This document shows positions 30,473 to 37,928 of a stretch of DNA of 44,982 bases, in pieces. This stretch comes from a virus. Both the position numbers and the translations under genes were made by a program. The stretch covers positions 1 through 44,982 of IMG/VR virus record IMGVR_UViG_3300045988_064885; one strand, given 5' to 3'. The notes below the pieces were generated by a model. It made no database searches. It was not told the origin of the DNA and saw only the letters and a program-made list of their open reading frames with translations. Position 1 is the first letter of the stretch; the number at the start of each line of letters is the position of its first letter.

Positions 30473-31543
30473 GAATATTTTAGAAATACGTTCTACGATG
30501 TCATCTTCCATTTTAGGTGTCACATGTGAGTAAGTATCCATCGTTTCTTGGAATGAAGCATGCCCTAGACGTTCCTGTATGGCTTTCATATTGGCCCCAT
30601 TTTCAATGAGAAGGGTGGCGTGGGTATGTCTAGTACCGTGCATGGTAAAAGAAGGCTTACCAATTAAATTGGCGTATTTCTTACATAGTTTGCTGACTTC
30701 ATCGGGACAACGAGGAGCGCCTTTTATACCAGGGAATACAAGGTTATTATTAATCCAGTTCAAGGTTTTAATTCTGCGTTTGTCTATGACTGTTTTATGC
30801 TTCATGAGTTCCTGGAGTGTTTCCGTATCAATGGCAATTATCCGTTTTGAGGATGTGGTTTTAGTTGTATTGGATATAACTGCAGTAGATCCGATTTTGA
30901 GGGCAGTTTGTGAAATGGATATAGTTGATTTCTTGAAATCGATATCCGACCATCGTAAGCCTAATAATTCAGACCGACGCATACCTGTTGCAAATGCTAA
31001 TTTAAATAGAGCATGATGTTCTGTATTTGATATATTAGATAAGAAATCTTTTACTTCATCTGCAGATAACGTTACCATATGACGGACTTTAACCTGTTTT
31101 GGTCGGTCTATGTTTTTCATATAGTTTTTAGGGATGATGTCATCTTTTACCGCCTGCTCTAATATGGAGCCTAGAATTGTCATGGTGTAGGATATAGTCC
31201 TTGATGATAATCCATCCATTGATTCAAAAACATACCGTAATGTATTAGGTTTAATTTCAGCTAACTTTACACAGCCGATTTTATCTCTGATATAGCGATT
31301 GATAATGCCTGTATAGCTTTGATATGTGGCAGGGGTTATAGTCTTTTCCTTTAGTTGTAACCATATATTAATCCAGGTGTTTAATGAAATTGTATCATCG
31401 AAATTAGCACATGCTTGATTTGTATTTACGTATTTCTCCATGGCTTCTATGGCAGCTTTCTTGGTAGTGCCATAAAAGTATTTACGCTTACCGTTTATCA
31501 TCTTTGATACCTGGTAGCGCCCATCTGCTCGTTTTTTTGGCAT
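30470..31543 (-). CDS. int: Tyrosine integrase (phage integrase family)
   Basis: 357 aa. The N-terminal Arm/SAM-like region begins RADGRYQV. Other motifs are FATGMRRSELLGLRWSDI, HGTRHTHATLL and LGHASFQETMDTYSH. It lies adjacent to the tRNA-fragment attP. Confidence 0.9.
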   Translation of the reverse strand: MPKKRADGRYQVSKMINGKRKYFYGTTKKAAIEAMEKYVNTNQACANFDDTISLNTWINIWLQLKEKTITPATYQSYTGIINRYIRDKIGCVKLAEIKPNTLRYVFESMDGLSSRTISYTMTILGSILEQAVKDDIIPKNYMKNIDRPKQVKVRHMVTLSADEVKDFLSNISNTEHHALFKLAFATGMRRSELLGLRWSDIDFKKSTISISQTALKIGSTAVISNTTKTTSSKRIIAIDTETLQELMKHKTVIDKRRIKTLNWINNNLVFPGIKGAPRCPDEVSKLCKKYANLIGKPSFTMHGTRHTHATLLIENGANMKAIQERLGHASFQETMDTYSHVTPKMEDDIVERISKIF

Positions 31544-31557
31544 AGCTCATCTCCTCG

Positions 31558-32832
31558 TTACTCGACTGATGTGTAACTATCGAATATAAAATCAATAGTC
31601 GCTCTAATTGAAGGGTTGGCTCCTTTTATTTTGATTAATTTAAACGCTTTTATGCCTACACTTCTTATTGGTGTAACCAGTAACGCCGCAAGAAAACTGT
31701 GAGTGGCGGTTTTAACATTAGAAAAATCTAATACGACAGTTTGGCCTTTTGCTAAAGCCGGTAGAATCTGTTTGTCTCGCCTATTAATAGCTTCATATTT
31801 GACTTCGCAATTTTCTCCACAATAGTTATTCATATCTATCGTTATTTCTACTTCTGTAGGCTTATTATTGCGAGCCTCTACTTCTTGTTTGGCTTTAGCT
31901 CGTAAGTCTTCTAGTTCTTTACTAAAATTAAACGATCTAAATTTATCAAAACCTATTGTCATGTAGACGAATGTACCCGGCCACGCACGTCGTAAAGTAT
32001 CTGAAGTGATGTCCGTTGGAGAGATGTGCAAAAGCCCTGTGCCAGAAACTATATAGGTATCGGCTTCCAGTTTTTTACCTAAATTTGATGACAAGAATAG
32101 CCCCATGCCAGCGTTATTTTGTGCGCTATAAGGGCCCTTTGGAGCACCAAATGTTCCCGATATTTCCGGTTTTATAGCTTCTTCTAAAGCTGTTGTATCG
32201 GAAGAAAATGGAGGATATGTTTGTTCTAAGTGGCTTTTAATACCCACGCCTAAATCCGCTACGATAAACGATAATTGGTTTTTATCACGGTACCAGTTGA
32301 ATTGTAGTAAAGAAGGAATTTGTGGATTATATCCGTGTTCTAAAGTGTTATATAATAGCTCGGAAACAATATACCGTAAAGTATCTTCGTGTCCGGATAT
32401 GAGATCCATATCAATTTGTGAAGTATATTGTAGTATTTTGCCAATAGCCGAAGATACGTCTGTTGTTTGATTTCTAATGGCAAACATAGGCTTGTCGTAA
32501 ACGGTGTTGAAGTTTTCATTACTATCTTCTAATACTTTATAGCAACCACTTCCGCCGATACGCTGCCACATTTTTCGTAATGCTGTATTCCCATCAATGT
32601 TAAAGTATATATAGGTTCCTTTGCTTTTTAAAAACCATAGATACTGGATGAGTAGGGATAGCGCTTGATAATTGGCACTGATACACGCGCGGCCGTCAAT
32701 GATTATAGAAGGTCCTTCGAAATTCCAATCAAAGATGGATAGATAGGCATTGAAGTCAACAATATTATTATTTTTAAAAGATAAAGTTCTAGGTAATTTT
32801 ATAATTGGCACGCCTTTTCTAGTTGTTCTCAA
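31558..32832 (-). CDS. GHKL (histidine-kinase-like) ATPase protein with a C-terminal STAS-like (DUF4325-type) domain; function unknown
   Basis: TTG start 8 nt after AGGAGG. The N-box-like segment is ELLYNTLEHG, G1-like is ADLGVGI and G2-like is NNAGMGLF. The C-terminal segment GQTVVLDFSNVKTATHSFLAALL...IKIKGANPSIRATIDFIF resembles a DUF4325 STAS-like fold. It sits between the ImmA-like gene and int. Confidence 0.75.
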   Translation of the reverse strand: MRTTRKGVPIIKLPRTLSFKNNNIVDFNAYLSIFDWNFEGPSIIIDGRACISANYQALSLLIQYLWFLKSKGTYIYFNIDGNTALRKMWQRIGGSGCYKVLEDSNENFNTVYDKPMFAIRNQTTDVSSAIGKILQYTSQIDMDLISGHEDTLRYIVSELLYNTLEHGYNPQIPSLLQFNWYRDKNQLSFIVADLGVGIKSHLEQTYPPFSSDTTALEEAIKPEISGTFGAPKGPYSAQNNAGMGLFLSSNLGKKLEADTYIVSGTGLLHISPTDITSDTLRRAWPGTFVYMTIGFDKFRSFNFSKELEDLRAKAKQEVEARNNKPTEVEITIDMNNYCGENCEVKYEAINRRDKQILPALAKGQTVVLDFSNVKTATHSFLAALLVTPIRSVGIKAFKLIKIKGANPSIRATIDFIFDSYTSVE

Positions 32833-32853
32833 TCTTGATTCCTCCTATTTCCG

Positions 32854-32883
32854 TTGACACGGATGACAAGTATTTGGTATACT
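32854..32883 (+). promoter_or_regulatory. Strong plus-strand promoter antisense to the lysogeny operon (-35 TTGACA, 18 nt, extended -10 TGgTATACT)
   Basis: TTGACA at 32854-32859, TG at 32875-32876 and TATACT at 32878-32883. Confidence 0.55.
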
Positions 32884-32889
32884 CGACTT

Positions 32890-33014
32890 GTAAACATAAT
32901 AAATGCGTAGAGACATAATCGTGAACGGAATGTTCGTCTCTCAGAAAAGAATTAAAGGAAATTATATTTTCCCCCTACATAGACCCTCACTTATAAGTGA
33001 GGGTCTTTTCCTTT
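32890..33014 (+). ncRNA. Candidate ~125-nt antisense small RNA (promoter to first terminator)
   Basis: No RBS-preceded ORF is present. There is an internal bulged hairpin GAGAC...GAAC-ggaat-GTTC-GTCTC. It ends at a perfect 13-bp palindromic hairpin plus a T-rich tail. Confidence 0.35.
32981..33014 (+). terminator. Plus-strand intrinsic terminator 1 (AGACCCTCACTTA/TAAGTGAGGGTCT followed by TTTTCCTTT)
   Basis: A perfect 26-nt palindrome followed by a T-rich tract on the plus strand only. Confidence 0.6.
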
Positions 33015-33022
33015 ATCACAAA

Positions 33023-33057
33023 GCCTCTTATCCCATAGTAGGGTAGGAGGCCTTTTT
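33023..33057 (+). terminator. Plus-strand intrinsic terminator 2 (may also act on the minus-strand ImmA-like transcript)
   Basis: GCCTCTTATCCC-atagta-GGGTAGGAGGC (one bulge, one G-U pair), then CTTTTT. Confidence 0.5.
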
Positions 33058-33065
33058 ATAATCCC

Positions 33066-33341
33066 TTATAACACTGATACATAATGATGGTAGAAATCTA
33101 TATTCTCCAGTTCGGTATCATCAATACATGTTCGACGGACCATTTGCTCTACTAGATTAACGTGATGGTCTAAATAGAAGTCGTCATTAATAATATGCAT
33201 TAATTCATGTTTAATTTCCTCTCTCATGCGATCATGAGGGAGGTTTTTGTTTATATAGATATTATGAGTATCTATATCTTCACATTCCTCTGACACTGCA
33301 TTGGCATGTGGCAAGTCGCAGTAAATCAAATTTACAACCAA
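33066..33341 (-). CDS. ImmA/IrrE-like zinc metallopeptidase (short form)
   Basis: It carries the HEXXH motif HELMHI and lies immediately downstream of, and co-oriented with, the XRE repressor. The length is 91 aa. Confidence 0.55.
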   Translation of the reverse strand: MVVNLIYCDLPHANAVSEECEDIDTHNIYINKNLPHDRMREEIKHELMHIINDDFYLDHHVNLVEQMVRRTCIDDTELENIDFYHHYVSVL

Positions 33342-33362
33342 TATAACACTCTCCCTTGTGTA

Positions 33363-33740
33363 TTATTTGTTTTTTAACTTTAAAAGCTCAATATATTCGA
33401 CAGCTTTTTCTAAATCCTCCTTGCTTATATCTTTAGCGGCAGAGAAGAGCATACGAGCCCCTGGACGTGTGCGTAGGTACTCGGCAAATTCGGCCGCTTC
33501 ACGGTCGGTGTAATAGCCGTCAGTATATTTCTCTACTAGTTCAGATTTAGGAACGCCAAAATAGTTTGCCAATAGTTCAATTTTATCGATCCTGGGATAT
33601 GTATTTCCCTTTACCCAATCGGTAAACGTAGTATACTTCAAACCTAAATCAGCGCATATTCTATTGCGATCAATTCCGCGACTATCCATTAGTCGTTGAA
33701 TATTCTCAGCCATAATAGCCTTGTTACCTAAATCACTCAT
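33363..33740 (-). CDS. CI-like XRE-family repressor
   Basis: The HTH segment is RNRICADLGLKYTTFTDWVKGNTYPRIDKIELLANYFGV. It is divergent from a Cro-like gene across an operator-rich region. Confidence 0.8.
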   Translation of the reverse strand: MSDLGNKAIMAENIQRLMDSRGIDRNRICADLGLKYTTFTDWVKGNTYPRIDKIELLANYFGVPKSELVEKYTDGYYTDREAAEFAEYLRTRPGARMLFSAAKDISKEDLEKAVEYIELLKLKNK

Positions 33741-33782
33741 AAGAACCTCTCAAAACTAGAATATATTAATTAATACACCTAT

Positions 33783-33811
33783 ATATTACGATATTTTCGT
33801 AACAAAATCAA
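33783..33811 (-). promoter_or_regulatory. Putative repressor-gene promoter (minus strand: -35 TTGATT, 17 nt, -10 TAATAT)
   Basis: The plus-strand complements are AATCAA at 33806-33811 and ATATTA at 33783-33788. Operator O1 fills the spacer and the -10. Confidence 0.4.
33786..33802. promoter_or_regulatory. Operator-like palindrome O1: TTACGA-tattt-TCGTAA
   Basis: Perfect 6-bp inverted arms with a 5-bp spacer. Confidence 0.55.
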
Positions 33812-33850
33812 TATTTTACGGAAATTTTACGATAGTTTATGTTTGGTTTA

Positions 33851-33879
33851 TAGACATTACGGATAAACCGTAGTAGAAT
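33851..33879 (+). promoter_or_regulatory. Putative early (Cro) promoter (-35 TAGACA, 17 nt, -10 TAGAAT)
   Basis: Hexamers at 33851-33856 and 33874-33879. Operator O3 occupies the spacer exactly. Confidence 0.45.
33857..33873. promoter_or_regulatory. Operator-like site O3: TTACGG-ataaa-CCGTAG
   Basis: It has the same 6-5-6 architecture as O1, with 5 of 6 arm positions symmetric. Confidence 0.5.
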
Positions 33880-33923
33880 GATGACTGTAAACAAGATGTG
33901 AGTATCGAGAAAGGAGGTAGCTT

Positions 33924-34112
33924 ATGAAGTACACATTAAAGATGTTAAGGGCTTCAAAAAATTGGTCTCAACTTACGGCATCTAAAGCGATTGGAGTGTC
34001 TGTTGATACTTGGGGAAATTGGGAGCGCAAACGCTCTTACCCTGATGTTCCTCACATAAAAAAGATACAAGAAGTATTTGACGTAGCGTATGACGACATT
34101 ATTTTTTTATAG
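33924..34112 (+). CDS. Cro-like XRE-family HTH protein
   Basis: 62 aa. The HTH segment is WSQLTASKAIGVSVDTWGNWERKRSYPDVPHIKKIQEVF. ATG follows AAAGGAGG. Confidence 0.7.
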   Translation: MKYTLKMLRASKNWSQLTASKAIGVSVDTWGNWERKRSYPDVPHIKKIQEVFDVAYDDIIFL

Positions 34113-34116
34113 TTAG

Positions 34117-34133
34117 TTACGGTTAAACCGTTA
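34117..34133. promoter_or_regulatory. Operator-like site O4: TTACGG-ttaaa-CCGTTA, just downstream of cro
   Basis: It has the same 6-5-6 architecture. The inner ACGG/CCGT is perfectly symmetric. Confidence 0.4.
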
Positions 34134-34146
34134 CGGAGGACAGGTT

Positions 34147-34371
34147 ATGAAAGAATTCGTAAAAGATGAAAGACAAGGGAATATGAACAGTAGAAAAGAA
34201 TACACCATAAAAATAAAAGTAGATACATACGAATTAGATGACGCGATCAAAAAGCTAAAAAGGCTTAATAAGTTAGCAAAAAAAAAATTGCCACGTGTAA
34301 CATTTAGCACACATGGCAATTTAAACGAAAAGGAATTTATTGAGCTTCTAGGCAAGTACCAATGGAAATAG
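34147..34371 (+). CDS. Hypothetical basic protein (74 aa)
   Basis: ATG follows GGAGGA. Its 3' end overlaps the convergent minus-strand gene by 35 nt. Confidence 0.45.
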   Translation: MKEFVKDERQGNMNSRKEYTIKIKVDTYELDDAIKKLKRLNKLAKKKLPRVTFSTHGNLNEKEFIELLGKYQWK

Positions 34372-34693
34372 CAATTACTGATGATGTATCTAAAAGCAAT
34401 GAACCAAGTTCTTGAACTGATCCAGATGAGATTAATTTAACATCCTTTAGTAGCAATGAATTCTCATCAAACAATAGATGCCTTTCAGAATTTGGGACAT
34501 AATTTTTATTTAACGCTTTTTCTGTACTTTTTAGGCATTGATAGAGCAGCTTGGATTGAATATCAGACTCATCACTATATACAGGAAGCGCAGACAATAG
34601 ACCAGCATTAGTAAGTAATATAAGCCGATTGCCATTTAATTCATTAGCTTCTAAAGAAACAGCAAATGCAATGATTTTCTTATGCATATCCAT
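34337..34693 (-). CDS. Hypothetical protein (118 aa), transcribed against the early operon
   Basis: ATG 34693 follows AAAGGAGG at 7 nt. The TTG start in the track lies inside the RBS and is unlikely. Confidence 0.5.
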   Translation of the reverse strand: MDMHKKIIAFAVSLEANELNGNRLILLTNAGLLSALPVYSDESDIQSKLLYQCLKSTEKALNKNYVPNSERHLLFDENSLLLKDVKLISSGSVQELGSLLLDTSSVIAISIGTCLEAQ

Positions 34694-34790
34694 ATAATCA
34701 CCTCCTTTCAAGGTGATTATACAAACAATAAATAAAATTTATTAATGAATATACAAAATATACATGAATAATTTGTAAAAGGAGGTAGTT

Positions 34791-34913
34791 ATGAATAAAG
34801 AATCACTCTATGAATTATGTTCGATATGCTTATGGATTTTAGCATTAGGTATATCCTCCAGCATAAGCATATTCATCTTAGTATGGATGTTCCGATTGGC
34901 ATGTGGTTGCTAG
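34791..34913 (+). CDS. Small hydrophobic membrane peptide (40 aa)
   Basis: ATG follows AAAGGAGG. The product is MNKESLYELCSICLWILALGISSSISIFILVWMFRLACGC. Its stop TAG forms part of the next gene's RBS (TAGGAGG). Confidence 0.45.
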   Translation: MNKESLYELCSICLWILALGISSSISIFILVWMFRLACGC

Positions 34914-34922
34914 GAGGTCTCC

Positions 34923-35117
34923 ATGAACAAGATGTGTATCACAGTAGCGGAAGCTGCGGAGCTTGCCAGCGTACCGCAAGCCGTTATCCGAGAATGGGCG
35001 CAAGATTTTGACTTCCCGTCCATGAAAATCGGTAAACGTGGAGGTAAACGCCTTATCCACGTTGAGTCGTTTAATGCTTGGCTAGCGAAACGTTGCCAGG
35101 CACGAATAGGAGAGTAA
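34923..35117 (+). CDS. Excisionase-family / AlpA-like wHTH DNA-binding protein
   Basis: ITVAEAAELASVPQAVIREWAQDFDFPSMKIGKRGGKRLIHVESFNAWL matches the excisionase-type HTH pattern. Confidence 0.65.
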   Translation: MNKMCITVAEAAELASVPQAVIREWAQDFDFPSMKIGKRGGKRLIHVESFNAWLAKRCQARIGE

Positions 35118-35119
35118 AC

Positions 35120-35314
35120 ATGTTGAAATTAGTTTATGCACTTCGCATTATCGCAGCTGTATTAGCTGTTGGCGCCATGGGGAGCCTACAAATTGATGTA
35201 ATCGACTTTTGGACTTGGTTTTGTCAAACCATGCTTGGTGTTACATTATGGATTTTAGCTGGATATTGGTTAGAAGATATCCACGAATTGGAAAAAGAAA
35301 AAGCCCGCTGGTGA
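35120..35314 (+). CDS. Small two-TM membrane protein (64 aa)
   Basis: ATG 35120 follows AGGAGAG. TM-like segments are LVYALRIIAAVLAVGAMGSL and FCQTMLGVTLWILAGYWL. Confidence 0.5.
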   Translation: MLKLVYALRIIAAVLAVGAMGSLQIDVIDFWTWFCQTMLGVTLWILAGYWLEDIHELEKEKARW

Positions 35315-35402
35315 AAAGTTAGAAGAAATTTCAGCGGACTTGGTAGAGTGATGATCTAATAATACTCTACCTGTATTGTACAAAATATAGGAGATAAACA
35401 CA

Positions 35403-36926
35403 ATGAACAAAACAGTATTAATGACAGCAACAATCGCATCTTTAGCAGTAAACGTAATGGCTGCTAATAACAATACTTTGGTAGGCACGGACAATAACAT
35501 TACAGCTACTTCTCATAGCTCTTTGGTATCTGGGTACCAAAATACAATAAACGCTAACAACGCACTAGCATTTGGTACTAACAATACCGTTACTGGTGAA
35601 AACGGATTCGCAGGTGGCAATAATGCTACTGCTGCAGGACGTAATAGCTTTGCATTCGGTTCTCATGCCGAAAGTTTGGTAGAGTACACAGTAGCCATCG
35701 GTAATCAAGCTCGTGTGTCTAGTTATGACAGTGTAGCTATCGGCAACGGCGCCTTCGTATCCGGTGAATCTAGTGTGGCTCTAGGTCGTACCAACAACGT
35801 GACTGGCGAAAACTCCGTAGCAATCGGTGCTAACAATGGCACAGTAGCAGGCGGACAAAGTGCCGTTGTAGGGTACAACAATAAAATCGGTGCTGACAAA
35901 GAGCAGTTAGTATTTGGTTCTAACTCCGAATCTAGTGGCCAAGGAGCCCTAGTATTTGGTACACACTCCAAAGCCGTAGCAATGGACGCCGTTGCATTCG
36001 GTAACAACACGATTGCGGACAAATCGAATGCAGTTGCCATCGGTACAAATTCTGTTACCGATGATGCGGTAGGCGTTGAAGGCATTACCATTAATGGCAC
36101 GAAACACGTATTTGCAGGGGAGCAACCTGCTAGCGTAGTAAGTTTTGGCGCTAAAGCCCGTGCAGGTGCAGGCGGGGTAACTCAATACAACCGCCAACTC
36201 ACGAATGTGAGCGCTGGTCAAATCTCCGCTGATTCATTAGACGCTGTGAACGGCTCCCAGTTGTTCGCTGCAATTGATGAAATCGAAACAAACGCTAAAC
36301 AAATTAACAAAAACAAGCAAAACATTAAAGATGTGGCAATCGGTTTGAACATGTTAGGCGATGTGGTGAATGATCATGAACAAGCTATTGCAGGTAATAC
36401 TACTGCAATCACCAACAACACCAACCGCATCAATGGTAATACAAATGCGATTAATTCCCTTGGCCAAAACGTAGCTACTAATACAGCTGATATCCGTGTA
36501 CTTGAAAAGGTAGCGGATAACCACGAAGGGCGCATTACTGATTTGGAACATCGTTCTACCAGCATGGCTAATGACATTAACAACAAAGTCAACAATCTTG
36601 GCCAACGTGTTAACAAGTTAGGCGCAAGTTCCGCAGCACTAGCAGGTCTGCACCCCCTTGAATATAACAAGAATGACAAAGGTAGTTTTGCTATTAGCTA
36701 TGGTCGTTACCGTAACGCTAACGCAATTGCACTTGGCGCATTCTATAGCCCTAACGAAAAAGTACGCTTAGGATTCGGCATCACTTTAGGTGGTGAAACT
36801 CAATTCAATATTAATGCTGCATTCCGCACTGGTAGAGGCTCTGAATATGAACCACAAGCTAAGAATGGTGAGCTCGAACAACTTCGCCAGGAAGTAGAAA
36901 CACTTAAAGCGTTAGTTAATAAATAA
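35403..36926 (+). CDS. Trimeric autotransporter adhesin (YadA/Hag-like): signal peptide, head repeats, stalk, YadA-type membrane anchor and a C-terminal coiled-coil extension
   Basis: The signal peptide is MNKTVLMTATIASLAVNVMA. There are repeated S(V/A)A(I/F)G..A.....SVA(I/L)G head motifs. The neck is SLDAVNGSQLFA. The anchor is ALAGLHPLEYNKNDKGSFAISYGRYRNANAIALGAFYSPNEKVRLGFGITLGGETQFNINAAFR. A further ~30 aa follows: ELEQLRQEVETLKALVNK. Confidence 0.85.
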   Translation: MNKTVLMTATIASLAVNVMAANNNTLVGTDNNITATSHSSLVSGYQNTINANNALAFGTNNTVTGENGFAGGNNATAAGRNSFAFGSHAESLVEYTVAIGNQARVSSYDSVAIGNGAFVSGESSVALGRTNNVTGENSVAIGANNGTVAGGQSAVVGYNNKIGADKEQLVFGSNSESSGQGALVFGTHSKAVAMDAVAFGNNTIADKSNAVAIGTNSVTDDAVGVEGITINGTKHVFAGEQPASVVSFGAKARAGAGGVTQYNRQLTNVSAGQISADSLDAVNGSQLFAAIDEIETNAKQINKNKQNIKDVAIGLNMLGDVVNDHEQAIAGNTTAITNNTNRINGNTNAINSLGQNVATNTADIRVLEKVADNHEGRITDLEHRSTSMANDINNKVNNLGQRVNKLGASSAALAGLHPLEYNKNDKGSFAISYGRYRNANAIALGAFYSPNEKVRLGFGITLGGETQFNINAAFRTGRGSEYEPQAKNGELEQLRQEVETLKALVNK

Positions 36927-36936
36927 GGAGGTTACT

Positions 36937-37326
36937 ATGCCGGAATTAACATCTAAAAAGGTGATGCCCACGATTAATACATTTGACTTTGATTTCTTTG
37001 CTGACAACAAAGGTAAAAGAAATGCAGCTCAAAAAGTATCAATTATTACAACTAATAGTTACATTAAACTTTCGCTAGCTGCATATAGAAAACTAAATGG
37101 ACCTGAGTATTTTAGAGTTGGGATAGATATTGATAATAAAGCAATTTGTGTAGCACCAGCGTTATCTACAGAGACTTATATATTTAAGCCAACAGCAACA
37201 CAAATCGAAAGAAATACTATTTATATATCTAAAAGTCGCAGTGTAATCAAAAGGCTTCGTGAACTTGGCATTCCAAAGATTGTAGAAGGTCGCTTAGTTG
37301 ATGATGAATTGTTGTTTAAATTCTAA
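36937..37326 (+). CDS. Hypothetical early protein (129 aa)
   Basis: An ORF with AAGGAGG upstream; no motif was recognised. Confidence 0.5.
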   Translation: MPELTSKKVMPTINTFDFDFFADNKGKRNAAQKVSIITTNSYIKLSLAAYRKLNGPEYFRVGIDIDNKAICVAPALSTETYIFKPTATQIERNTIYISKSRSVIKRLRELGIPKIVEGRLVDDELLFKF

Positions 37327-37339
37327 AGGAGAAACTATC

Positions 37340-37927
37340 ATGGAAAATCAAAATATCTTAACTATTAAATTCAATACATTAGATGATCTAGCGGTGCAAG
37401 TGGCAGATTGGAACGAACGATTAAATCATCAGTGCTGCGGTAATTGCTCTAATATTGAAGCGCCTACAGTACCAGTTGGCGAGACTATTGATGTTGAAGT
37501 AGCGGCGTCTGAAGTTGCAAAAAAAGTAGATGTAAAACAACAACCTGAACCTGTTGAAGTTGAGCCAGCGCAAAAGGATGTTCCTGTAACCGATTTTGAA
37601 GGTAAGTTAGTAACAGATAAAAAAGAAGAAAAGGTTGAACAGGCAGAAGAACCTGTATCAGAACCTACTCCAGCTGAAACACCGACGGAAGAATCAACTC
37701 CAACAGAAACGCCAGACCAAGATGCAACATTAGATGTAACTGCTGAACCAGTAGATAAAAAAGCATTTTATGCTGAAATCCGTAATTGGATGGGTACGGA
37801 TAAGGTTCGTGCCGGTAAAGTTCTTACAGTATTTAAAAAGCATGGCGTCGTAGGGAAAGTTTCTAGTGATGCTTTAACTGATGATATCATCACTGATTTG
37901 AAAACAGTAATGGCAGGGGAGGAATAA
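37340..37927 (+). CDS. Hypothetical acidic early protein with a PT/E-rich linker (195 aa)
   Basis: ATG 37340 follows AAAGGAGA. It has an N-terminal CCGNCS motif and a low-complexity acidic middle. Confidence 0.5.
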   Translation: MENQNILTIKFNTLDDLAVQVADWNERLNHQCCGNCSNIEAPTVPVGETIDVEVAASEVAKKVDVKQQPEPVEVEPAQKDVPVTDFEGKLVTDKKEEKVEQAEEPVSEPTPAETPTEESTPTETPDQDATLDVTAEPVDKKAFYAEIRNWMGTDKVRAGKVLTVFKKHGVVGKVSSDALTDDIITDLKTVMAGEE

Positions 37928-37928
37928 T

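Noticed and set aside
32903-33061. A 52-codon ORF (MRRDIIVNGMFVSQKRIKGNY...) in the intergenic region between the ImmA-like gene and the GHKL-ATPase gene.
   Set aside because: It has no RBS and runs straight through two terminator hairpins. A non-coding transcript is more plausible.
34817-35060. ORFs 34817-35011 (+) and 34878-35060 (-) as genes.
   Set aside because: They overlap the better-supported 40-aa peptide and the excisionase-like gene in other frames, and they lack ribosome-binding sites.
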